The notes under the pieces: model-generated
Seen by the model: the letters and a program-made list of their open reading frames with translations, nothing else
What the model was told of the DNA's origin: nothing
Database searches by the model: none
NCBI GenBank assembly: GCA_963773065.1
Contig: CAVYZN010000005.1
Coordinates: forward strand, 64,001-128,000
From: an uncultured Gammaproteobacteria bacterium
GTDB taxonomy: Bacteria > Pseudomonadota > Gammaproteobacteria > UBA9214
Direction: 5' to 3'
DNA: 64,000 nucleotides
Shown: positions 54,706-64,000 of the stretch, in pieces
Layout: each line of letters begins with the position of its first letter
Numbering within the stretch: the stretch's first letter is position 1
Position numbers and translations under genes: made by a program

Positions 54706-55296
54706 CTAGAATGCCCCCGTGGCGCCCCGATTCATGATATCCAGTATGCTGTCCTTGATCGCAATGGCTTCTTCCTGCAACCCCTTCGGCATGACCTTAC
54801 CACCGTGGATCATCATGTCCATATTGAGTGTATAGAGCCAGAGTTTGCCTTGCTTATCTTCGATTAACGATATCCGGCAAGGCAAATAGGCCGAGAAGGC
54901 GACCGAATAATCAATCATGTGGGCAGCCGTCAAGGGATTGCAGAACATGTAAATCTTGAGAAAATGCTGCGGTTGACCCGTCATGGCCTCCACCTGTTCT
55001 GAAAGTGGCAGTTCACCGACATTTTTTAGATTGTGTTCATTGGCGACAAAATGCAAGGTCTGTTCGACATCCTTCCAACTTAGACCCTCCTTGACCGGAA
55101 CCTTCCAGATGGTTGCTTCAGCGGCGTTAGCGGTCTCGATCAGCTTCTTGGCCATATCGAGATAGACCGCCGGTGCTTTTTCATCAAACGAACGGAGATT
55201 AACCAGGCCATCGCCCAGCTGTGTTGCCATGTATATCATGCCGGTGACCAGCAGCAGTCCAATCAAGGCAAGCAGGTTCCAAATAAATCTGAACAT
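54706..55296 (-). CDS. DUF302 protein
   Basis: N-terminal anchor, KIYMFCNP.TA, AYLPCRI.L.ED..GK.W. Confidence 0.88.
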   Translation of the reverse strand: MFRFIWNLLALIGLLLVTGMIYMATQLGDGLVNLRSFDEKAPAVYLDMAKKLIETANAAEATIWKVPVKEGLSWKDVEQTLHFVANEHNLKNVGELPLSEQVEAMTGQPQHFLKIYMFCNPLTAAHMIDYSVAFSAYLPCRISLIEDKQGKLWLYTLNMDMMIHGGKVMPKGLQEEAIAIKDSILDIMNRGATGAF

Positions 55297-55324
55297 TTCT
55301 TTCTCTTGAAAATATAACCGAGTA

Positions 55325-56387
55325 TCAGCGATTCTCAGAGGTCGTCGCCGACGTAATGAGCTTTTCCAGTTCCTCGGCCTGCGATCCATTCAGCCCGCGG
55401 ATCACATTAACCAAGTCACGCGCCGGCTGAATACGTCCTTCCCTGACGAGCCGGATTCCGGCCTCGTAATACGCCGCAGCCGCCTCTTCCCAACGCCCCT
55501 GTGTAAAAAACATATTTCCCAGTTCTCCATACCCATCCGGATTCTGAGGTTCGAGTTCCGCCAGATTACGGTAGTTTTTCTCGGCAGCGTCATAGTTGTG
55601 CAACCAGAATGCCTCACGTGCGGCGGCCAGAATTTCATAGGGTTTTACCGGTGTGGCGCTGCTCTGGGTCGATTGTTCAGCGGTCGTATCGGTAGCCCGC
55701 GCTCCAGCGGTTGAAGCGGCGGCTGCTTCCTCCGTGTTCGTAGCGGATTCTTGAGGGAGCGGTGCGCCGGGGTATGGTTCTGGCGTGCCGGTGGGAGCTT
55801 GCGTCCCGGTTTGCGGCGCCGTCACTCCCGGATGCCTCGGGTTCAGAGACTGTATCCGCACCCGCGGATGCCGGTTCTGCACCAGGACCGGGGCCTGCGA
55901 CTCCGGCCTTTGGCCCAGCCGGCGTTTCGGAAGATGGAACGGGGACGGGTACGACTTCTGTACCAGTGGCCCCGCTGGCCTCACCACGGCTTGCGGTTAC
56001 CCTCTCGCCCGGCATGGGCTCTTCTGCGGCGGGGGGAGGCGCAATCCCTGCAACCGGTTGCTGACTTTCAACACCGGCTTTGGATGCCCCCGCCGTCGCT
56101 TCCACGGCAGGAGCCGCCGGAACTGCAGCCACGGATTCATCAACGGGCGCCGTCGATGCCGTTCCAACCGGTTCGCCAGGAGCCGTTTCCTGTGTTGGTG
56201 CCATATCACCTTTAACGTTACCCTGCGTATCACCGGCGCCCGCGACTCTCTCGGATTCCGGCACCAGAAAATCGGGAAGCTCAAGGTCAGGGAACAGTTC
56301 ACCGCGATAGATAAATCCGATGCCCAGTAATAGGACGACGACAATCGCAAAACCGTGACTCACAATGCGCGCAAGGTTGTTCATCAT
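55325..56387 (-). CDS. Membrane-anchored Pro/Ala/Glu-rich protein with C-terminal TPR (frameshifted)
   Basis: N-terminal TM (ORF 55677-56387) joined to TPR domain AREAFW...PDGYGELGN..F.QG (ORF 55325-55987). Confidence 0.75.
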
Positions 56388-56412
56388 GCTTACTCCTGCT
56401 CAATAACTCTGA

Positions 56413-57072
56413 TTATGATTGCCCGGCCATGTCGGGATACAGCGCTTTTGCCAACGTCCTGAACTCCTGCGCCGCCTTGCTCCGCGGCCACATCTCGAAC
56501 ACTGTCAGCCCTTCACTCAGTGAACGGCGAAATCCTGTTCTCAGGCGCAGTCGTTGTGGCAGAACGACATCAATCCCCGGCAACATGCGCAAAGCCGCTT
56601 CTGTTTCGTGCGTTTCACGGATGGATTTGTTTGTGTCAGCCCGGTTGACGAACGCCATCGTTCGCTGCGTACCGCTGGCCTTCATGGCCTCGAGGTCAGG
56701 TCCAATGATATGCAGGAAGCGCTGGGTTGCCCAGACGTCGGCCTGACTCGGGGGGACCGGTATCAGAATACGGTCCGCTGCGGTCAGGGCTTCTTTCATG
56801 GCCGCCAGATTTGCCGCGCCGACATCGATGAGAACCTCATAGCCGGCATGGGATAGCAGTTGCTCCTTGAGCACGGCCCGCACGGAGTGGATCGTCAGAT
56901 CGGGTTTGTATTCCATCTCTCTGCGCAGCATCGCCAGATCACTGAAGGTGCACTGTGGGTCGAGATCGTAACCGATGACTGAACGGTTATTTTTTTCCAG
57001 CCAGACTGCCAGGTTGAAGGCCACCGTACTCTTGCCGGAGCCGCCTTTAAGATTCGCAATAATAGTAATCAT
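56413..57072 (-). CDS. ParA/MinD-family ATPase (short, no HTH)
   Basis: Deviant Walker A KGGSGKST, DLDPQ, LIDVG, ADRILIPV.PS..D. Confidence 0.92.
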   Translation of the reverse strand: MITIIANLKGGSGKSTVAFNLAVWLEKNNRSVIGYDLDPQCTFSDLAMLRREMEYKPDLTIHSVRAVLKEQLLSHAGYEVLIDVGAANLAAMKEALTAADRILIPVPPSQADVWATQRFLHIIGPDLEAMKASGTQRTMAFVNRADTNKSIRETHETEAALRMLPGIDVVLPQRLRLRTGFRRSLSEGLTVFEMWPRSKAAQEFRTLAKALYPDMAGQS

Positions 57073-57149
57073 GCACTCGCTCTTGATCCCCGCGACGGGG
57101 TAGACCGTAAATCGAGCAACGGGACTAGATAACGACTAAATTTCATTCG

Positions 57150-57953
57150 TCAAGACTGTATGACGCGGATCAACGGTTGTTTCCCTGCCCTCTGCTCCGG
57201 AGCACCACCTTGCGGGATGCTCATTTCCTTGTAGCCAGGCGGCACGCTAAACAAATCTGCCGGTTGCTTGCCAATCCTGATATTGCGTAATTCGCTGACA
57301 AACCCTCCCGGCCGCTCTTCGCGGATATTTATCTTCAGCTCGGGATCAAACCACTGGTAGGCGACACTGCTCTGGTCACCGGGACGTGTGGCTGTCATTT
57401 CCCATTTCTCGGTATTGCGGCCGTTCAGTGTTTCCCTGCCTACCAGACGCATTTCCATGGTTGCTCCGTCCGGAAAGGTTTGACGAACCGGGATATGACG
57501 CTCCTGATCCAACCAGATAAGCATCTGGCTGGATTGCTCCTGGGCCGTACTCTTCAACTCCCATTTTTCCGCTGGCCGTCCATTGATGGCCTCGACGCCG
57601 ATCTTGTTACAGCTAAGGTTCTGCATACCCGCGCATGGGTTTGCATCCTTCGCGGCAGTTTCCGGCATCATTTCTCCCGGACCCGCCTTGTGTTCCATAT
57701 AGGTTTGTTGCTCGGGATCGAGCATATAGGCCGCCTGTTGCTTCATGTCGATAATCTGGACCATCGCCTCGTCGCTAACGGTGACCTCGGTGCGCACTTG
57801 TTCGTTGCCTATGTAAATCTTCCCCTGCTGGGATTCTTGCTGCGGCATTGATTGAATAAAATCAGCGGAGAATTCGACCTGATTCTGTCCGGCAACGGCC
57901 GAGGCGGATGTAAACAGCAACAATAGCAATGAAGAGAGAATCTGGAATCGCAT
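57150..57953 (-). CDS. Exported DUF4412-like protein
   Basis: Signal peptide; duplicated G.E..NGR..EKWE...W.D module; P...F..PPGY. Confidence 0.75.
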   Translation of the reverse strand: MRFQILSSLLLLLFTSASAVAGQNQVEFSADFIQSMPQQESQQGKIYIGNEQVRTEVTVSDEAMVQIIDMKQQAAYMLDPEQQTYMEHKAGPGEMMPETAAKDANPCAGMQNLSCNKIGVEAINGRPAEKWELKSTAQEQSSQMLIWLDQERHIPVRQTFPDGATMEMRLVGRETLNGRNTEKWEMTATRPGDQSSVAYQWFDPELKINIREERPGGFVSELRNIRIGKQPADLFSVPPGYKEMSIPQGGAPEQRAGKQPLIRVIQS

Positions 57954-58000
57954 TTTTCAAACGTGACCTTGATGAATTAACTTATGGAAACAGATTGATC

Positions 58001-58040
58001 AAATAAAAAACGAGCCAACACATCCCTGTGGAGGCTCGTC
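58001..58040 (-). terminator. Terminator after sgp
   Basis: Minus strand GACGAGCC...GGCTCGTT followed by TTTTATTT. Confidence 0.7.
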
Positions 58041-58056
58041 GGAATTACCTACGGGG

Positions 58057-58487
58057 TTATTGGCTGGCACCCGATGTTGCTGGTTGGGCGGGTGCGGGTG
58101 CAGCCGCCGGGGCACCGTAACCATACGGAGCACCATAGGCACCGGGATAACCGCCATAGCCGCCATAGCCAGGCCACCCCAGCCACCACCATAACCCGGA
58201 TAGCCACCATAGCCATAGCCGGGATAACCGTAGCCGCCATAGCCATAGCCATAGCCATTACCATAACCACGCCCACGCCCATAACCACTACCATGGCCGC
58301 CACCGCTCATGCTGAAGTCGAAATCACCGGAGCCGTCACCCCAGCCGTCACCCGAGCCGTCATTACCCCAGCCATTACTCCAGGGACCACCACCGCCCCA
58401 TGGACCCCAGGCCTGAGCTGCCGTGAAAGGAATCGCCATGGCGCCGGCAATGGCGGTGGCACACAACGTTTTGGTCAGTTTATTCAT
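58057..58487 (-). CDS. Sulfur globule envelope protein, SgpA/SgpB-like (frameshift near 58175)
   Basis: Signal peptide ending AQA, then WGPWGGG..GDGSGDFDFSMSGGG.G.GYGRGRGYGNGYGYG; shifted frame GAYGAPYGYGAPAAAPAPAQPATSGASQ*; resembles Allochromatium vinosum SgpA as recalled. Confidence 0.85.
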
Positions 58488-58690
58488 ATCTACTACCTCA
58501 TCATGTTGTTTTGTTTGCAATGTATATTACAAACTTGGCTCCCTAGTGTCCTGCAATCATCAACGGAGGGAGACTCCCGTAGCTGATTCAACAATCAACC
58601 GACTTCCGCCGGTTGAAATGAAGACGTTACTTCAGATACCTGTCGGTGACTTGTATTAGACCCCGTTAGAGCCGGATAGGAGCATTACCC

Positions 58691-59320
58691 TTACCAACCA
58701 TAAACCGGCGGGATCATTTCCGGGTAAACGTTATATATTCCGCCGCCCCCACCCGGAACCCCCAGCGATGGGTCAACTAGGCCATAACCATAACCACCAT
58801 AACCGCCATAACCGCCATAACCGCCATAGCCTGGCCATCCTCCGTAGGGGATTGTAGCAGGTCGTTGTTCCTGAGGTGTCGCGCTTTTTTGCTTTTTTTC
58901 CGGGGTCGGGAATGCACCCCAGGGACGTTGTTGGTATTGATACTGTGGCTCAGTCTGATAGGGCTGAGACGGGTTTTGCGACTGGCCAGGCTGGGACCAG
59001 GGCGACGGTTCCTGGGATGAGTGCTGTGTCATTTGCGGTTGTTGATAAATACCAGTGTAATACGGTTGTTGCGATTGCCCCGCCGGTTGTGGCGACGGTA
59101 CCGGCACAGGGACATAGACCGTCTGCGGCGGCAGGTATTTTGAACGCGGATACCACTCCTTGACGATCGGTTGCTGGGCCTGTGGTTCCTTTCCCACGCC
59201 GCTCGCAGTCGCATCCTCCCTCTCTTGATCATCACCGCAGGAGGCGACTAGGTAACAAATACATATCATTGCAATCCATATGACCAGGGTTTTTGAGCGT
59301 GGGTGACTCTGCATCCCCAT
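58691..59320 (-). CDS. Pro/Gln/Tyr/Gly-rich putative lipoprotein
   Basis: Lipobox-like LVASC, RPWG motif, (GYG)n tail. Confidence 0.7.
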   Translation of the reverse strand: MGMQSHPRSKTLVIWIAMICICYLVASCGDDQEREDATASGVGKEPQAQQPIVKEWYPRSKYLPPQTVYVPVPVPSPQPAGQSQQPYYTGIYQQPQMTQHSSQEPSPWSQPGQSQNPSQPYQTEPQYQYQQRPWGAFPTPEKKQKSATPQEQRPATIPYGGWPGYGGYGGYGGYGGYGYGLVDPSLGVPGGGGGIYNVYPEMIPPVYGW

Positions 59321-59337
59321 GGCGATTATGTGTGCGT

Positions 59338-59964
59338 TTACTGTGCACCGCTGCCACGACGATAAAGCTGGTCAGGTGACGGCGGTACTATCCTGCCGTT
59401 ATATAAAGGCGGTGGTGGGACTTCATCTTCACTGCGCTGCCCGGGTGAGTTATACCAGGGTGAGGGCGCATAGCCATTAACGCGAATCGCCTGAGGGCGG
59501 GTAACCATATGAACCCGTATAATCCTGGACCGGTGCGGCCCAGCTCTGGTTATAGCCTTGCGATCGGTAGTACCCGGGGGAGATTTATCGCCAGAGGGCT
59601 CGTTTCCGGTATACGCGCCGGGTGCCATTGGTCGTGCCGGTGTACCAGCAGACGGTGGGGCGCCCATGAAATCACCCGGCAGTTCCTCACTCTGGGCCCG
59701 GGGTGTATCAAGGCCGCTCCCAAATGGGATCCTCAGATCCTCTTGACCCGGTATCCGGGGATCGACGTTGACGGACTGATAAGGGCCGGGCGGCGGCGGC
59801 GCGGATACAATGGCCCAGTCATTACTGTAGCTATAGGAGGATGATTGTGTTCCCGTATCACCCGGCGGCTGATCTTCAGCAACGACATCGGTTAACACCA
59901 AGCTGCCTGCGATTGCCAGAAACACACCAAGACAGTGAATTGAGATAGCACCATGGTGTTTCAT
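59338..59964 (-). CDS. Pro-rich exported hypothetical protein
   Basis: Signal peptide, SYSYS, PPPPGPYQS; probable compensating frameshifts around 59480-59580. Confidence 0.65.
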   Translation of the reverse strand: MKHHGAISIHCLGVFLAIAGSLVLTDVVAEDQPPGDTGTQSSSYSYSNDWAIVSAPPPPGPYQSVNVDPRIPGQEDLRIPFGSGLDTPRAQSEELPGDFMGAPPSAGTPARPMAPGAYTGNEPSGDKSPPGTTDRKAITRAGPHRSRIIRVHMVTRPQAIRVNGYAPSPWYNSPGQRSEDEVPPPPLYNGRIVPPSPDQLYRRGSGAQ

Positions 59965-60044
59965 TGTTAATTCCTTTCAGTTATCTGCTGTATCCAGTAT
60001 GGATCCGAGTATGTATCCGGTGATCTTCAGCCCAAACCGAATAT

Positions 60045-63000
60045 TTACTTGAGATCTTGTTTGAGACGAATACCACGACGTTTCCGCACAATACCCTCAC
60101 CTTCCGTGTCATCCGCTATTTCAGATGAGGTCATGGCACTTTCATCAGCCTCCTCGCCTGAATGGTCAACATCATCGGCGAACACCGCCTCAGGAGCGGA
60201 GCCGCTTCCAGCCACAGTCTCAGCCACAACAGGATCGGATGTGGGAACTGGTGCGCCCCTCCCGTGCGGTGCCGGCGCTTTTTCACCTGCAGGCTGCAGT
60301 GATGCAGCCGTGCTCGTCGCGGCATCCGCCGCACCGGCGGCTGGGGCGGGTCGCGGCGGCGGTGGTTGGCGCGGGGGCGGGGGCGTTCCCCCGCGTGGCG
60401 GCGGAGGCGTGCCACCCGCACCCGGTGAAGGTTGCCGCGGTGGCGGAGGCGCTGCACCACGACGGTGACCAGACTTGCCCAGGATCGCCTTGAAACCCAT
60501 GCCGAGCATGGTGAAGATGGCCCGGATGATGTAGAACAGCCAGGTAAAGACCGAGATGATCCCACCGTACAGGCGCATCCACAGCGGCGTACCAGCCGGG
60601 GCGGCCGTTTCATTCGAAACCTGTTCGATGCGTTGGTATGCTGGACTGATGCCGATCGTTCCGTCATCGGCGGTTTCGATATAGAACTGCTTGCGGGCGC
60701 TGATACAACCAAGCGGGACAACCAGCACGGCCATACAGGTGGCCACGCCGGCGCCAAACAGCGTACTGATTGCAAGGCCACTGAAGATCGGATCATGTAA
60801 TATCGCGAATGCGCCGACCATCACGGTCAGGGTGGTGATAAGGATGGGCCGCATGCGGACTTCCGCACCGTGGATGGCCGCTTCCCTGACATCTTTTCCT
60901 TTGGCCACCTCGATCTTGACGAATTCCACAATCAGGATCGATTGCCGCACGATGATGCCGCCCAAGGCGATCATGCCGATCATCGATGTTGCCGTGAATT
61001 CCGCGCCCATGATCCAGTGCCCTGGTATGATACCGAGCAGGGTCAACGGGATCGGCGACATGATCAAACCGGCGAGGGTGAAATTCTTGAACTCCCAGAC
61101 TATCAGGGCATAAATCAGCACCAGGGCCGCCATGAATGCACCGCCCATGTCGCGGAAGGTTTCGTACGTCACCGTCCACTCCCCGCTCCACTCATAGCCG
61201 GAGTGGTTATCATCCTTGGGAGCGCCAAACAGGTTCCACGGCATGGTCACCATTTTCACGCCATCCGGTGCGGTGTAGTCCTTGACGAGATCCTCGATGC
61301 CGAGCATGCCGTAAATCGGCGCGCCCAGACGGCCCTCCATCTCGCCTATCACGTACTCGACCCCGCGCAGGTCCTTGGAGTAGATGATGGGGTCTTCAGG
61401 CTGCTTGATGAACTGGCCCAGCTCGGAGAGGGGCAACGTCTTGCCGTCGTTTGTCGGTACCGGCAGATCTCCCAAACGCGTTATTTGTGACCGGATGGAA
61501 AGCGGAACCTGGATCACGATATAGGTCGGTTCCAGCACCGTTTCGCGTTTAACATCCCCCAACTTGAAGTTGCCCATGGCCATGGTAAGCGTATTGTTGA
61601 TGGTGTCGACCGAGATACCGCGGCGCACGGCCTTTTCGGTATCGACCTCGAAGCGCCAGTATTCGTAGGGTTCAGCCATGTAGTTGTCGACATCGACGAC
61701 ATTCTCGACCTTCCCGAACATGGCCGTCATGTCGGCGGCCACCTTGCGCCGTGTTTCAGCATCCGGCCCATGGACTTCGGCAACCACCGTCTGCAGCACC
61801 GGCGGCCCCGGCGGCATCTCGACCACCGCGATACGCGCTCCCATCGATTCCGCCAAGGGAGTCAAGCGGTGGCGCGCGTCCACGGCAAGTTGATGACTGG
61901 TACGCTCGCGTTCATTCTTGTTCTTGATCATGACCAGCAAATCACCATCCCAGGAACGTTGGCGCAAGTAGTAATGACGCACCATGCCGTTGAAATTGAA
62001 CGGCTGGGCGGTCCCGGCATACGTCTGCACCGCAGTGACTTCCGGTATGTTGCGCACCTCCTCGGCCAGCGCCCTGACGACATTGGCGGTTACCGGCATC
62101 GCCGTTCCTTCCGGCATGTTGACGATCACGGAAAATTCCGGCTTGTTATCAAACGGCAGCATCTTTACGACAACGGTCTGGGTATAAAAGAGCACGCACA
62201 ACCCGGCCGTTAGTCCGATGATGCTGAACAGAAACGCGAAGCCCAGAAAGCGGTTTTCAATCAGTGGGGTGATGATGGGGCGGTAAAATCGCCTGATTTT
62301 TGCGTGCGTCTTCTGTTCCTTTTTCATCGCCTTTTCCAGAGACGCCATCCGGGGTGCGACCTTGACCGCCAACCAGGGCGTAAAGATAAAGGCCGCGAGC
62401 AGCGAGAAGAACATGGCAGAGGAACCCAGCACCGGAATGGGCCGCATATAGGGTCCCATGAGACCACTCACCCAACCCATGGGTAAGAGCGCCGAGATAA
62501 TGGTAAAGGTGGCCAGGATGGTCGGATTGCCGACTTCCCGGACCGCATCGACGGCGATGGCGACGCTGGTCTTGCCCCTCTCCAGCCAGTGACGAAAGAT
62601 ATTCTCGATGACCACGGCAGCATCATCCACCAGGATGCCAATCGAGAAGATCAGGGCAAAAAGGCTGACGCGATCGATGGTGTAATCCACCATCATTGCC
62701 CACCAGATCGTGACCAGGATGACAACGGGAATCACGGTAATGACAACGAAAGCGGCACGAAAACCCAAGCCGTACAGACACAACAGTGAGACGAAAACCG
62801 CCGCCTCGAGCATGGCCTCCAGCAGTTCGTTGACCTTGTCATTGGCTGTCTTGCCGTAATTTCGGGTAATCTCCACATGAACGTTCGCGGGAATCAGATC
62901 CCCCTTGAGATCCTCGATCTTCTCCAGCAGCCGATTGGCCACCACCACGCCATTGGTTTTTTCCTTCTTGGCGATGGCGATGGTAACGGCCGGGGCGCCA

Positions 63001-63914
63001 TCGGCCGCGGGGTTCTCTCCCGCGTAGGCCGGTCCTGTGTAGTGCGCAACCATCTGGGTCGGATCCGCCGGTTCGTGTGCTACCCGAGCCACATCGCGAA
63101 CGTAAACCGGTGCGCCATTGCGCACGCCCACGACCAGACGCTCGATATCGGAAGCCGTCTTCAGGAAGGCCCCGGTGCGCACCGCCAAGGCGGTACCACC
63201 GGTTTCGACACCGCCCGCTGTCTTCTCCGCATTGGCCGTGCGTATGGTTTCGGCGACCTGCGGCAGACTAATGCCAAAGCCGGAAAGACGCTCAGGCAAT
63301 ACCTCTACCTTGAGCTGATCCTCGCGCCCTCCAACAACAAAGCCCTTGCCGGCATCCGGTACCTCGCCAAGGCGTTGCAGCAAATCCAGGGCCAGTGTTC
63401 GCAATGAACCGTCATCGAGATCCTCGGACCACAGGGTGAGCGCTACGACAGGTACATCATCAACCGCGACCGGCTTGACCAGCGGCATGGAGACATCAGG
63501 TGGAATCTTGTCTAGATTGGATTGCAGCTTGTCATGCACCTTGACAATCGATTTCCCCATGTCCTCGTTGACATAGAAGCGCACGGTTACCATGGCGCGG
63601 CCGCGTTCGGTCGCCGTGTAGGTATGCTCAACGCCGGGGATTTCTTTCATGATCCGTTCCAGCGGTTCGGTAACCAGGCTGGCGACCTGTTGGGCCGAGG
63701 CCCCGGGATACTGGACGAAGACATCCACCATCGGGACGGATATTTGAGGATCTTCCTGGCGGGGAGTGAAAAACAAACCCATCAAACCAACAAGCAACGC
63801 GGCAATCAGCAACATCGGCGTGACAGGGGACGTAATAAAGAGACGTGCTGTTCTGCCGGCGATACCCAGTGATTTGGCATCATGCGGTTTGGAGATTTCT
63901 TGTTGTTCAGCCAT
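60045..63914 (-). CDS. RND efflux permease (AcrB/CzcA-like) with long C-terminal Pro/Ala-rich tail
   Basis: PRQEDPQI, GILVDDA.V.IENI, GIIVRQSILIVEF, R.RPILITTL; two-half RND architecture. Confidence 0.93.
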   Translation of the reverse strand: MAEQQEISKPHDAKSLGIAGRTARLFITSPVTPMLLIAALLVGLMGLFFTPRQEDPQISVPMVDVFVQYPGASAQQVASLVTEPLERIMKEIPGVEHTYTATERGRAMVTVRFYVNEDMGKSIVKVHDKLQSNLDKIPPDVSMPLVKPVAVDDVPVVALTLWSEDLDDGSLRTLALDLLQRLGEVPDAGKGFVVGGREDQLKVEVLPERLSGFGISLPQVAETIRTANAEKTAGGVETGGTALAVRTGAFLKTASDIERLVVGVRNGAPVYVRDVARVAHEPADPTQMVAHYTGPAYAGENPAADGAPAVTIAIAKKEKTNGVVVANRLLEKIEDLKGDLIPANVHVEITRNYGKTANDKVNELLEAMLEAAVFVSLLCLYGLGFRAAFVVITVIPVVILVTIWWAMMVDYTIDRVSLFALIFSIGILVDDAAVVIENIFRHWLERGKTSVAIAVDAVREVGNPTILATFTIISALLPMGWVSGLMGPYMRPIPVLGSSAMFFSLLAAFIFTPWLAVKVAPRMASLEKAMKKEQKTHAKIRRFYRPIITPLIENRFLGFAFLFSIIGLTAGLCVLFYTQTVVVKMLPFDNKPEFSVIVNMPEGTAMPVTANVVRALAEEVRNIPEVTAVQTYAGTAQPFNFNGMVRHYYLRQRSWDGDLLVMIKNKNERERTSHQLAVDARHRLTPLAESMGARIAVVEMPPGPPVLQTVVAEVHGPDAETRRKVAADMTAMFGKVENVVDVDNYMAEPYEYWRFEVDTEKAVRRGISVDTINNTLTMAMGNFKLGDVKRETVLEPTYIVIQVPLSIRSQITRLGDLPVPTNDGKTLPLSELGQFIKQPEDPIIYSKDLRGVEYVIGEMEGRLGAPIYGMLGIEDLVKDYTAPDGVKMVTMPWNLFGAPKDDNHSGYEWSGEWTVTYETFRDMGGAFMAALVLIYALIVWEFKNFTLAGLIMSPIPLTLLGIIPGHWIMGAEFTATSMIGMIALGGIIVRQSILIVEFVKIEVAKGKDVREAAIHGAEVRMRPILITTLTVMVGAFAILHDPIFSGLAISTLFGAGVATCMAVLVVPLGCISARKQFYIETADDGTIGISPAYQRIEQVSNETAAPAGTPLWMRLYGGIISVFTWLFYIIRAIFTMLGMGFKAILGKSGHRRGAAPPPPRQPSPGAGGTPPPPRGGTPPPPRQPPPPRPAPAAGAADAATSTAASLQPAGEKAPAPHGRGAPVPTSDPVVAETVAGSGSAPEAVFADDVDHSGEEADESAMTSSEIADDTEGEGIVRKRRGIRLKQDLK

Positions 63915-64000
63915 ATATTAATCCCGCCTTTTTTATGTTTTCTCTTATGATAATAGACAAGCCTGCTGACCAGTCAATCTCCCCGCCCTTGCTCCGGTCA

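Overview
Chromosomal window from a GC-rich gammaproteobacterium, probably a sulfur oxidiser because it carries an SgpA/B-type sulfur-globule protein. The assembly is indel-prone: more than a dozen genes are frameshifted and there is a poly-G tract. 1-23.5 kb is housekeeping (MFS, aroC, prmB, sco/PCuAC/psd, ECF sigma/anti-sigma, suhB, secF-secD-yajC-tgt-queA, tRNA-Leu, glgP/malQ/glgC/glgB, AmmeMemo B/A). 23.5-30.6 kb is an AT-richer island with flagellar-type regulators (fliA, globin-GGDEF-EAL, fleQ, an uncalled flgM-like gene, sigma54/sigma28 promoters) and no flagellar structural genes, followed by two tRNAs, accessory genes and relA. 36-43.5 kb holds two VPLPA-CTERM genes behind a duplicated sigma54 promoter cassette, an IS1634, an S8 protease, an IS200 remnant and a group II intron 5' remnant. 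43.8-64 kb is one co-oriented minus-strand cluster: RND permease, Gly/Tyr/Pro-rich exported proteins including Sgp, DUF4412, orphan ParA, TM-TPR protein, DUF302, TM coiled-coil, EHD/dynamin-like NTPase and a MoxR-DUF58-Bat operon with a perfect FNR box. This cluster is the best candidate for an undescribed system, possibly sulfur-globule biogenesis and positioning. All family assignments come from motif recognition by eye; no database searches were run.
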